Origin: Vulcanimicrobiota bacterium
Lineage (GTDB): Bacteria; Vulcanimicrobiota; Vulcanimicrobiia; Vulcanimicrobiales; Vulcanimicrobiaceae
Assembly (NCBI GenBank): GCA_963812155.1
Contig: CAWETW010000005.1
Location: 1 to 64,000, forward strand
Direction: 5' to 3'
DNA length: 64,000 nucleotides
Below the pieces are notes generated by a model. It ran no database searches. It saw nothing but the letters and a program-made list of their open reading frames with translations, and was not told the origin of the DNA. The position numbers and the translations under genes are program-made. Below are positions 37,222 through 45,830 of this stretch, one piece after another (positions within the stretch are counted from its first letter, which is position 1; each line of letters begins with the position of its first letter).

Positions 37222-37704
37222 ATGACGCGTTTAGTTGCTACGCTCGTTTTATCGTTGGCGCTGGGAACGGCGGCGCGCGCCGCCGCGGCGCCCGACATGC
37301 CCGCTCTGCCGCCGCAGCCGGCGGTTCATCCCGCCGGAATACCGGCCGATGCGGTATTGGTTTCGCCCTGCATCGCCGGCATGGGCGAACACTGGGTCGC
37401 GCTCAAAGATGCGCCGATGGGGCCGATTTATGGCGTGTGGGAAGGCAAACCGATCTTCACCGAGCTCATGGTGACGGTGAAGCAGCTGCAGGACGGTTTC
37501 AGCTACGCGAACATCCGGGCGCTGCCCGGATACACGATCGATCACGTCGATTTCAAATACGAACCGACCGGGCACGAGGGCTTGCCGGTCCCCCATTACG
37601 ACGTGCACGCGTATTACGTGTCGCCTGCGATGCAGGCTGCCATTTGTCCCAACGGCATCCCCGATCCGTCGATGAAGCCGATGAACGGCAGCGGAGTGCG
37701 CTGA
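37222..37704 (+). CDS. Secreted His/Met-containing hypothetical protein (TTHB210/DUF5602-like)
   Basis: SD GGAGG, signal peptide, GMGEHW, IYG..GK.IF.E.M and DHVD...GHEG..PHYDVH. Confidence 0.65.
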   Translation: MTRLVATLVLSLALGTAARAAAAPDMPALPPQPAVHPAGIPADAVLVSPCIAGMGEHWVALKDAPMGPIYGVWEGKPIFTELMVTVKQLQDGFSYANIRALPGYTIDHVDFKYEPTGHEGLPVPHYDVHAYYVSPAMQAAICPNGIPDPSMKPMNGSGVR

Positions 37705-37725
37705 GGCGCTTTGGGCGCGCCGGCG

Positions 37726-38478
37726 TTACGGCGTCGTCAGTTTGGGAAATGCCAGCAGCGCAACGATCGAGATCGCGTTGAAGAGCGCGTGCGAGATCAT
37801 TGGAGCGACCGCGTTGCGCGTCGAGTAGTAGACGTAGCAGAGGATCACGCCGCCGAGTGCGAGCGGAAGGGCTTCGTAGAAATCGCCGTGCGCGAGGCCG
37901 AACAGCACGCCGCTCACGATCGCGCCGCCGGCGAAGCCGCCGTAGCGCAGCCCGAAGTTAAAGAAGAACATGCGGAAGATCGTCTCTTCCGCAAAGGGCG
38001 CGAATAACACCGCGAACGCCGCAAAGATCGCGATCGTTGTGCGATCGTGCAGCGCGCGAAAAATCTCAACGGCTTCCTGCTGATGTTCGACGTGCGCGAA
38101 CTTATCGATCAGCGATGCGCCGCCGTCGGCGACGATAGCCATGAGTACCGCACCGACGATCGCAATGCCGATCGCGCGTCCGCCCGGAACCTGCAAGCCG
38201 AGTTCGCGCAAGCTGAATTTCGCGATGCCCGGAAGGGTGAAGAGCACCCCTGCGACGAGCGCTCCCTCGAGCACGAACTGCAGGCCGATCGCGGCGTCGA
38301 GCAGCCGCGGATCGATGTCGTGCGGAAGTGCGCCCGAGCTGCGAATGCCGCCGGCAAAGGCGAGCAGCAGCAGCAGAACGATGAACGCCGCCAGCAGCCA
38401 CGCCGAAATCCCGGAGAAACTATCCTTCGGCCAGCGCGTCGGCCAGGCGGGCGAAGTCGGCGAGGTCGAGTCGTTCAC
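37726..38478 (-). CDS. CPBP (CAAX) intramembrane glutamic endopeptidase
   Basis: APFAEETIFR, FGLAH and HALFN. Confidence 0.9.
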   Translation of the reverse strand: MNDSTSPTSPAWPTRWPKDSFSGISAWLLAAFIVLLLLLAFAGGIRSSGALPHDIDPRLLDAAIGLQFVLEGALVAGVLFTLPGIAKFSLRELGLQVPGGRAIGIAIVGAVLMAIVADGGASLIDKFAHVEHQQEAVEIFRALHDRTTIAIFAAFAVLFAPFAEETIFRMFFFNFGLRYGGFAGGAIVSGVLFGLAHGDFYEALPLALGGVILCYVYYSTRNAVAPMISHALFNAISIVALLAFPKLTTP

Positions 38479-39260
38479 CACGAAGCTCCGGAGAGAGATT
38501 GCTGGCCGCCACCGCGCGAGCGGCACGCTCGTGAGAAATTTCGAGCGCGAGTGAGAGCGTGTTGGCGAGCGTTTTGCGCCGGTACGCGAACGCAGCGCGC
38601 ACGACCTTCCGAAAGAGCGCGATGTCGCGCGTCGTCACCGGCGGCGTTTCGCGTCGAGTGAGATGCACGACTGCAGACGTCACCTTCGGCGCGGGATAGA
38701 ACGCCTTGGGCGGCAGCGCGAACGCAAGGTCGACGTACATCGCATACTGCACCGCAACCGAGAGGCTGCCGTACGCCGCGGTCGCGGGCCGCGCTGCCAG
38801 GCGTTCGGCGACGTCCTTTTGGATCGTCACGGTGAGCGACTGCGGCCCGGCATCCATTTCGGCGAGTTTCACGATCAGCGGTGTCGCGACGTTATACGGA
38901 AGATTTCCGGCGACGCGCCACGGCCGCCCTTCCGACCATGCGGCATAGTCGAACTCGAGCGCGTCGGCGTGCAGGATGTCGCGCGTCGCGCACGTCTTCG
39001 CTCGAGCGAAGAATGTCAACGAGTTCCGGATCGATTTCGAGCGCGGTGAGATCGGCGCCGCATGCGAGCAGCGCGCGCGTCAGGGCGCCGGTTCCGGCGC
39101 CGATTTCGAGGACGCGCGGACGCGCCGGGGCGCCGGCCACGCAGAGTTTCGCGATCCGCAGCGCGGCGCCGGCGTCGAGAAGGAAGTTTTGACCGAAGCG
39201 TTTGCGAGGACGCAGCCCCCGGCGTGCGAGCAGCGCGCGCGGGTGCGGCGACGGCGTCAC
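38420..39260 (-). CDS. rsmA: 16S rRNA m6,2A dimethyltransferase RsmA/KsgA (indels near 38990)
   Basis: KRFGQNFL, VLEIGAGTGALT, AGNLPYNVAT, QKDVAERL, PAPKVTS and RRKTLAN. Confidence 0.95.
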
Positions 39261-40048
39261 TTCAAACGGTACACCGTGATTTCACGCCGGCCGAACAGCA
39301 TCGCTTCGCGCAGCGAGTTGAATCCGAGATCGATGCGCAGACCGTGAATCGCACCGCCGGTGTCGCCGGCAACGGCCGGACCGTATCCGGGAATGAAGAG
39401 ATGCGTGCCGAGGGGGATGATGCGCGGATCGACCGCGACGACGCCGCGCCCGGCGGGCCGTCCGCTGGCGGTTACGCCGCCGCAGCCGGCGCAGTTGGCG
39501 GTGTAGGCCGTCGCCACCATATGCATCGCGCTTGCCGCAAGTTGCGACATGCGCATGACGCCGCGTGCTTCCAGTTGCGCGAACGCCTGGCGTTCGTCGA
39601 TGCCGATTGCGACGATGCGCGGGTGCGGTTTGCGCGTCACGTGCGATGCAACGACCCAGCGTTGCACGCTGCCGTCGTCGTTCTGCGTGTAACGCACGAT
39701 GGTATCGCGTTCGCCGGCGGCGCCGCGTGCGATCGTTTTATGCGTTCCGGGCGTCATCGAATAATCGAATCGGCGAATGGTGGGCGCCGGTACTACGTGC
39801 TTTTCGTCGCGGATCCAACTCGCGGAGGGCGACGCGCTCGGCGTCGTGTCCGGAGCCGGAGTCGGCGACGGTTGCGCAGAGGGCGTCGCTTGTGCCTGCG
39901 CGGGGGTTTGCGACGGCGCATCCACGGGATCGCCGCCGGCAGCGCGCGCGGGAGCCGGGTGCGCTCCCAAGCTGGTGCCCAGCAGCAACGCGGTCAACAA
40001 ACCGGCTGCAAACAAACGACTGGAACGAAACGGGCCGCGTCCGATCAC
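39257..40048 (-). CDS. G5 + 3D domain cell-wall hydrolase (YabE/Sps-like)
   Basis: Signal peptide, Pro linker, G5-like segment, then 3D domain ATAYT..TASG..VAVDPRIIPLGT..DTGGAI.G.RIDL; directly upstream of rsmA. Confidence 0.9.
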   Translation of the reverse strand: MIGRGPFRSSRLFAAGLLTALLLGTSLGAHPAPARAAGGDPVDAPSQTPAQAQATPSAQPSPTPAPDTTPSASPSASWIRDEKHVVPAPTIRRFDYSMTPGTHKTIARGAAGERDTIVRYTQNDDGSVQRWVVASHVTRKPHPRIVAIGIDERQAFAQLEARGVMRMSQLAASAMHMVATAYTANCAGCGGVTASGRPAGRGVVAVDPRIIPLGTHLFIPGYGPAVAGDTGGAIHGLRIDLGFNSLREAMLFGRREITVYRLK

Positions 40049-40285
40049 GATTCGGAATTCCTTTCACTCTCGGCTCCCGTCAAGGTTCGCTAGCACACCA
40101 ACAAGCTAAGAACGATGGCGAGTGAGCCGCACTGCGCGCGGATCCGAAGAAGGCTCTTGGAAACGGCGACATGGAAGGCCGGGAGCCGAGGCTCCTCAGA
40201 GCCTCAAGCAGGTCCGACGTTCCTGCGAACCGCGTCGCGATGACGGCGGATCGCGGGGCTGCCAAGCCGGCAGCCAGGTCTGACC
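40049..40285 (-). ncRNA. Putative structured 5' leader (candidate cis-regulatory RNA)
   Basis: Four tandem hairpins and an 11-bp long-range inverted repeat (40069-40079 / 40180-40190) next to the RBS. Confidence 0.45.
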
Positions 40286-40290
40286 CGGGC

Positions 40291-40320
40291 AATATAGCAC
40301 GGTAAACGAAATCCCGGCAA
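40291..40320 (-). promoter_or_regulatory. Sigma70 promoter for the G5/3D-rsmA-CPBP operon
   Basis: TTGCCG, 18 nt, then TATATT preceded by an extended TG motif. Confidence 0.6.
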
Positions 40321-40365
40321 ATGCCGAAAGTAGCATTGCGGCAGGAGGACCCTCTTCGATTGAAC

Positions 40366-41526
40366 ATGCGCGTCGGCTTCTTTACGGAGGTCTACCGTCC
40401 GGTGGTCAACGGCGTCGTAGCGTCGATCGACACGCTCGCCGACGGCCTGCGCGGGCGCGGGCATCAAGTCTACTGTTTTGCGCCCCGCGTTCCGGGATAC
40501 GAGGAGGCCGACGGTCCGGTCTTTCGCATGCCCTCGCTGCCGTTGCCGGCGCAGGCGTCGTATCGTCTTACGCTGCCGCTGGTCAGCCGGCGCAACCTCA
40601 ACACGGTCATCAAGCGGCTCTCGGTCGTTCACGTTCACTCGCCGTTCGTCACGGGCTGGATGGGCTTGCGCTACGCGCGCCGTTACGGCATGCCGCTGGT
40701 GTACACGTATCACACGCAACTCGAGGCGTACGCGCACTACGTACCGTTCGAACCGAATGCGACGCGCTTCGCCGCATCGCAACTGACGCGCACGTTTGCC
40801 AATCTCACCGATGCGGTAATCGTGCCGACGCCGGCGATGGCCACGCATCTGCGCGATCTCGGTGTGACGGTGCGTTTGGAAGTGGTGCCGAGCGGCATCG
40901 ACCTGCGCGCCTTCGGCGCCGGACGGCGCGACGAAGCGCTGCGCGACCGGATGGGCGTCGGCCCCGGCGATCGCATGTTGCTGTGCGTCTCGCGCCTCGC
41001 GAAGGAGAAGAATATCGAGCTGCTGCTCGAGGCGGTGGCGCTGGCCGGAGACCCGCGATTGCGCGTGGTCGTGGCCGGCGACGGCCCCGCCCGCTCCGAG
41101 CTGGAGGAGCGCGCGCGCGAGTGCGGCGTCGCCGAGCGGACGCGTTTCCTCGGGTTCGTCCCAAAGGAGTGCCTGCCCGATCTCTATGCCAGCTGCGACG
41201 CCTTTTGCATGCCGAGCACGACCGAAACGCAGGGCCTCGTGCAGGCCGAGGCCCTCGCCGCCGGGGCCTACGTGCTGGCCGCCGACGCTCCCCAGAACCG
41301 CGACGTGCTCGGCGGCGCGGGCCGCGTGCTCCCAGCGACCCCTCGCGCCTTTGCCTTCGCGCTGCGGACGCTGCCGGCGACGGCCGACCCCGCGGTCGCC
41401 GAGGTGGCGCGCGAGGCGGCCGAACGCTTCTCGGTGGACGTGCAACTGGACCGCACGGTCGCGCTCTATCGCGATCTGCAGGGCCCGGCGAACGGAGGCT
41501 TGACAGCGAACATACGTTCGCAATAA
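40366..41526 (+). CDS. GT4 glycosyltransferase (diacylglycerol glucosyltransferase-like)
   Basis: MRVGFFTEVYRPVVNGVVASI, HVHSPF, YTYHT, SRLAKEKNI and TETQGLVQAEA. Confidence 0.92.
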   Translation: MRVGFFTEVYRPVVNGVVASIDTLADGLRGRGHQVYCFAPRVPGYEEADGPVFRMPSLPLPAQASYRLTLPLVSRRNLNTVIKRLSVVHVHSPFVTGWMGLRYARRYGMPLVYTYHTQLEAYAHYVPFEPNATRFAASQLTRTFANLTDAVIVPTPAMATHLRDLGVTVRLEVVPSGIDLRAFGAGRRDEALRDRMGVGPGDRMLLCVSRLAKEKNIELLLEAVALAGDPRLRVVVAGDGPARSELEERARECGVAERTRFLGFVPKECLPDLYASCDAFCMPSTTETQGLVQAEALAAGAYVLAADAPQNRDVLGGAGRVLPATPRAFAFALRTLPATADPAVAEVAREAAERFSVDVQLDRTVALYRDLQGPANGGLTANIRSQ

Positions 41527-41529
41527 AAT
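41500..41529 (+). promoter_or_regulatory. Sigma70 promoter containing a LexA (GAAC-N4-GTTC) SOS box
   Basis: TTGACA 41500-41505, GCGAAC-ATAC-GTTCGC 41506-41521 and TAAAAT 41524-41529. Confidence 0.85.
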
Positions 41530-41541
41530 TCGGGTAAGACC

Positions 41542-41961
41542 ATGAGCATGAGACGAAACGGGCGGACGGTAGAGGCCATCATCGGCTGTGCGGCCGATAC
41601 GCGCGGCGCCGGGGTGGCCTACGCGCAACTCGCCGGCGCGGCAGAGCGCCACCTTTTACGCATCCCCTTCCGGCTCGACGCCCTCGAACAGCCCGATCGC
41701 GCCGCCGGCTACGCTGCCTTGACCGCGGTCGCGCGCGTCTTACGCGGGCGCGGCGTCGCGCGCGTGCGCTTTCTGGTCGACGACGAGACGCTGCTCGGCG
41801 ACCTGAGCGGCCGGACCAACGTTCCCGACGCGCTCGTCATGCCGTACGTGCGGTTGCGGTGCGCGCTCAATCAATTCGACGACGCAAGTTTTGGGCAGGC
41901 GACGTCCGGCGATCTTGCGCAGCGCGCGCGCGCTGAAGTGGCATTGCGCATCGCTGCGTGA
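41542..41961 (+). CDS. Degenerate RNase HI-like (RVT_3) fold protein
   Basis: AAGYAALTAVARVLRGRGVARVRFLVDDETLLGDLSGR...YVRLRCALNQF...DLAQRA follows the RNase HI pattern AEY.AL..GL......G...V.V.GDS.LV..Q..G...Y......L..F...AD.LA. Confidence 0.6.
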   Translation: MSMRRNGRTVEAIIGCAADTRGAGVAYAQLAGAAERHLLRIPFRLDALEQPDRAAGYAALTAVARVLRGRGVARVRFLVDDETLLGDLSGRTNVPDALVMPYVRLRCALNQFDDASFGQATSGDLAQRARAEVALRIAA

Positions 41962-42560
41962 AAGCGTATCGCCGGCTTCGAGCGGGCGAACTTCCCGAGC
42001 AGACGGAACCGCTTGCACGAGCGCTTCTTGGGTGCGTGCTGATGCGGCGGAGCAGCGAAGGAATCACGGCGGGCAGAATCGTCGAGACCGAAGCGTATCT
42101 TCCGAACGACCCGGCCTGCCACGCCTTTTCCGGAAAGAGCGCGCGTAACGCGACGCTGTTCGGGCCGCCGCATCGTGCCTACGTCTATCAAATTTACGGC
42201 ACGTCGTTCTGCTTCAATCTTTCCAGCGAAACCGACGGTCTCGGTGCCGGCGTGCTCGTTCGCGCGCTCGAGCCGGTTGAGGGTCTCGATCTCATGCGCG
42301 TCCGTCGCTGCGTCGAGCCGGCGCGCGAACTCTGCCGTGGGCCGGGGCGGCTCTGCCGGGCGCTCGCGATCGATCGCGCCTTCGACGGCATTGACCCGTT
42401 GCGCGATTCCGACCTCTGGATAGCAGCGCCGGCACGGCCTGCCGCCCGAATCCGCGCCAGCCGCCGCATCGGAGTCCGCCTGGCCGCGCATCGCCGGTTG
42501 CGCTTCTACGAGGCCGGCAGTCCGTTCCTAAGCGGCCCCGCACGCTTGAGCCCTCCTTGA
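41958..42560 (+). CDS. mpg: DNA-3-methyladenine glycosylase (MPG/AAG family)
   Basis: GRIVETEAY..DPACH, AYVYQIYG, C.N.S, AGVLVRALEP, GPGRLC, RIGV and RFY. Confidence 0.95.
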   Translation: MKAYRRLRAGELPEQTEPLARALLGCVLMRRSSEGITAGRIVETEAYLPNDPACHAFSGKSARNATLFGPPHRAYVYQIYGTSFCFNLSSETDGLGAGVLVRALEPVEGLDLMRVRRCVEPARELCRGPGRLCRALAIDRAFDGIDPLRDSDLWIAAPARPAARIRASRRIGVRLAAHRRLRFYEAGSPFLSGPARLSPP

Positions 42561-42585
42561 ACGCTCCGTAGGGCTATGCTATAGT
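42557..42585 (+). promoter_or_regulatory. Sigma70 promoter of rho
   Basis: TTGAAC, 17 nt, then TATAGT preceded by an extended TG motif. Confidence 0.7.
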
Positions 42586-42750
42586 GTGGGCGTCGCGCCG
42601 CTCGATACAGCCGCGACGCTTGACATTCCCCTCGTGCGTGCCACCGAATCCGATTGCGAGGCAGCCTCGCCCGACAGTCGGCGCCTCGGCGCGTGCGGTA
42701 CTCGAGAGAGCGAGACTCCTCTGCAAACCGAACATCGTCCGATCAACGAC

Positions 42751-44157
42751 ATGCGCCCGCCACAAGGCGGAGGCCGCCGTCGCCGCTCGCGCCACCGGCG
42801 CTTCGGTCAAAATCCGGGACAGTTTCACGAACCGTTTCCTCAGCCCGATCTAACGCCGCCGCCGTTGACGGCCGTACAACTCGCCGAAAAAACGAAGACC
42901 GAACTCACGGCCATTGCCGCCGAATTGGAAATCGAAGTTCCAAGTCCGGCGAAACTCAAGAAAGACGACATCGTCGCCATGATCGTAACGGCGCAAGCCG
43001 CGCGTTCCGGTCTGGAGATGGCCAGCGGCGTCCTCGACGTGTTGCCGGAAGGATACGGTTTCCTGCGCCGCGAGGGCTACGTCATCGGCAACGACGATAT
43101 CTACGTCAGCCAGTCGCAGATCCGCCGCTTCGAACTTCGTCGCGGCGACATGGTCGAAGGCCAAGTGCGCCGCCCGAAAGAGAGCGAAAAGTACTACGGT
43201 CTGATTCGTGTCGACAAGGTCAACGGTCTCGATCCAGAGGCGATCAAGGGAAGGTCCGTCTTTGAAAAAGGAACGCCGATCTTTCCCGAGGAGCGATTCA
43301 AACTCGAGAATCGCACGACGCAGCTCTCGACGAGAATCATCGATCTCTTTTCTCCAATCGGTAAGGGCCAGCGCGCGCTGATCGTCTCGCCGCCGAAAGC
43401 CGGCAAGACGACGCTGCTCAAGAATATCGCGCAGGGCATCGCGATCAACCATCCGGAGGCCCACATCATCGCGCTGTTGGTGGACGAACGGCCCGAAGAA
43501 GTCACCGACATGCAGCGGACGATCGACGGCGAAGTCGTCGCCTCGACGTTCGACGAGCATCCCGAAAATCACACGGCGGTTGCCGAGCTGACGATGGAGC
43601 GCGCCAAACGCCTCGTCGAGCTCGGGAGAGACGTCGTGATCCTGCTCGACTCGATCACGCGTCTCGCGCGTGCCTATAACCAGGTCGTCGCAAGCTCCGG
43701 ACGCACGCTTTCGGGCGGCCTCGATACGGCGTCGCTGCACAAGCCGAAGCGGTTCTTCGGCGCGGCCCGCAAGATCGAACACGGTGGATCGCTGACGATC
43801 GTGGGCACGGCGTTGGTCGAAACCGGATCGAAGATGGACGACGTGATCTTTGAAGAGTTTAAAGGTACGGGCAACATGGAGCTCAACCTCACCCGCAAAC
43901 TCGCCGAATCGCGCGTTTTCCCCGCGATCGACATCAAGCGCTCGGGCACGCGACGCGAAGAGCTCTTGCTCTCGCCCGACGAGATGCGCAAGATTTGGAT
44001 GCTTCGCCGCGCGACCGCGGTGCTCAATACCGGCGACATCACCGAGATTATCCTCGATAAGATGGCGCAAACGCGCACCAACGACGAGTTCCTGCAATCG
44101 GTGACGAAGGAAGCGATGTCGATGTCGCGCGGCTACGAAGACAACGGCAAACACTAA
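42751..44157 (+). CDS. rho: Transcription termination factor Rho
   Basis: GVLDVLPEGYGFLR, PIGKGQRALIVSPPKAGKTTLL, DERPEEVTDM, LDSITRLARAYN and FEEFKGTGNME. Confidence 0.98.
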   Translation: MRPPQGGGRRRRSRHRRFGQNPGQFHEPFPQPDLTPPPLTAVQLAEKTKTELTAIAAELEIEVPSPAKLKKDDIVAMIVTAQAARSGLEMASGVLDVLPEGYGFLRREGYVIGNDDIYVSQSQIRRFELRRGDMVEGQVRRPKESEKYYGLIRVDKVNGLDPEAIKGRSVFEKGTPIFPEERFKLENRTTQLSTRIIDLFSPIGKGQRALIVSPPKAGKTTLLKNIAQGIAINHPEAHIIALLVDERPEEVTDMQRTIDGEVVASTFDEHPENHTAVAELTMERAKRLVELGRDVVILLDSITRLARAYNQVVASSGRTLSGGLDTASLHKPKRFFGAARKIEHGGSLTIVGTALVETGSKMDDVIFEEFKGTGNMELNLTRKLAESRVFPAIDIKRSGTRREELLLSPDEMRKIWMLRRATAVLNTGDITEIILDKMAQTRTNDEFLQSVTKEAMSMSRGYEDNGKH

Positions 44158-44899
44158 ACAAACTCGACTCAATAAGTACCTGTCGCAGGCGGGCATCGCT
44201 TCGCGGCGCGCGGCCGACGCATTCATTGCGGACGGCCGCGTTCGCGTAAACGGCCGCGTGACGCGCGAGCTCGGCACGACCGTCGATCCCAGCGATCGCG
44301 TCGAACTCGACGGAGCGCCGGTGCGTGCGGAGGCGCGCCGCTACGTCGTGCTGCACAAACCGGCCGGTGTCGTGACGACGATGCGCGATCCGCAAGGCCG
44401 GCGCACGGTTGCGCAGTTGATGCCCGCCGGCGCACGCGTCGTGCCGGTCGGCCGCCTCGACTTCGAGACGTCGGGCGTGTTGCTGCTCACCAACGACGGC
44501 GATCTCGCGAACCGCTTGCTTCACCCGAAGTTCGGCGTCGAGAAAACCTACCGCGCCGTCGTTGCAGGCAGGCTCTCGCCGGCAGCCGTGCGCCGGCTGG
44601 GCGAAGGCATCGATGCCGGCGATCTTCACGCCGCACCCGCGAAGGTGCGCGTCGTTGCAGCCGGGCGCGAGCGAAGCGTCGTGGACATCACCATCCACGA
44701 AGGCCGCAACCGGCAGGTGCGCCGGATGTTCGAGGCGCTCGGCCATCCGGTGCAGCAGCTGACGAGATTGCGATTCGGACCGATTTCGCTGGGCGCCCTC
44801 GCTGCCGGGCGTACGCGCCCTTTGTCGTCGCGCGAGCGGGCGGTGCTCGAAGCCCATCGCATCGCGGCATCCGAACCGCAGCGCGCTGACGGAGGCTGA
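44131..44899 (+). CDS. rRNA pseudouridine synthase, RluB/RsuA family (start codon unclear)
   Basis: S4 domain RLNKYLSQAGIASRRAAD, HKPAGVVTT, VGRLDFETSGVLLLTNDG and EGRNRQVRRM. Confidence 0.92.
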
Positions 44900-44923
44900 G
44901 CGCCGTTGCGCGAATCGGCCGGG

Positions 44924-45772
44924 ATGCCTCCGAAAGACCGTCACTTGTCACGCCGCGGCGCCCGCCCCGGCAAGACCGTCGTTACGCTTGGTAACGGCGC
45001 GGCGTTCGGCGGCGAGGCGGTGGTGTTGTGCGCCGGCCCATGCTCGGTCGAATCGGAGGGGCAAATCGAAACGACCGCGGCCGCCGTCGCGGCGTCCGGC
45101 GCTGCGGTGCTGCGCGGCGGTGCGTTTAAACCGCGCACGTCGCCATATGCCTTTCAAGGATTGGGTCGCAAAGGGTTGGAGTGGCTGCGCAACGCCGCCG
45201 ACCGCCATCGCCTGGCCGTCGTCACCGAAGTGCTCGATCCGCGTCACGTCGAGATGGTCGCCGAGTATGCCGACATGCTGCAAATCGGCGCGCGCAACAT
45301 GCAGAACTTCGCGCTGCTGCGCGAGGCCGGGTTGGCGGGTAAGCCGGTGCTGCTCAAGCGCGGATTCGCGGCGACGGTCGACGAGTGGCTGATGGCCGCC
45401 GAGTACGTGCTCGTCGAAGGAAACCCGCACGTCGTGTTATGCGAACGCGGCGTGCGCTCGTTCGACTCGGCGACGCGCAATCTGCTCGATCTCGCAGTTG
45501 TCCCGCTGCTTGCCGAACTGACGCATCTTCCCGTCATCGTCGATCCTTCGCACGGCACCGGACTGGCGCGGCTGGTCGAGCCGATGAGTTTGGCGGCGAT
45601 TGCGGCGGGCGCCGACGGGCTGCTGGTGGAAGTGCATCCCGAGCCTGCCGGAGCCGCATCCGACGGGGCGCAATCGCTTACGCTGGAACAGTTTGCCGTC
45701 CTTGCATCGAGATTGAGCGACGTTGCCGCCGCCGCCGGCCGTCGCGCCGGAACCGCCGGGCTGGCGGTGTGA
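44924..45772 (+). CDS. aroF: 3-deoxy-7-phosphoheptulonate (DAHP) synthase, type I-beta
   Basis: [44 protein letters not shown] and DPSHGTG. Confidence 0.93.
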   Translation: MPPKDRHLSRRGARPGKTVVTLGNGAAFGGEAVVLCAGPCSVESEGQIETTAAAVAASGAAVLRGGAFKPRTSPYAFQGLGRKGLEWLRNAADRHRLAVVTEVLDPRHVEMVAEYADMLQIGARNMQNFALLREAGLAGKPVLLKRGFAATVDEWLMAAEYVLVEGNPHVVLCERGVRSFDSATRNLLDLAVVPLLAELTHLPVIVDPSHGTGLARLVEPMSLAAIAAGADGLLVEVHPEPAGAASDGAQSLTLEQFAVLASRLSDVAAAAGRRAGTAGLAV

Positions 45773-45830
45773 AGTCTTGCGCACGAGTCCCCTGTATCGC
45801 TCTCTTCGTTTAATTCGAGGTACGGAATCG

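Noticed and set aside
40049..40285. c-di-AMP riboswitch or 6S RNA
   Set aside because: I could not find the GCTGAATC/CAGCTAAC-type consensus or an extended 6S rod by eye; kept only as an unassigned structured leader.
42586..42750. 55-aa N-terminal extension of Rho from GTG 42586
   Set aside because: The GTG directly abuts the -10 box, upstream of the expected TSS; better read as untranslated leader.
42850..44277. Long antisense ORFs (also 1963-3084, 6345-7736, 14191-15360, 40204-41652, 46089-47342)
   Set aside because: Shadow ORFs expected opposite real genes in high-GC DNA; no motifs or RBS.
44924..45772. DAHP synthase lacking an N-terminal regulatory domain as a novelty
   Set aside because: Unregulated short type I-beta enzymes are already known.
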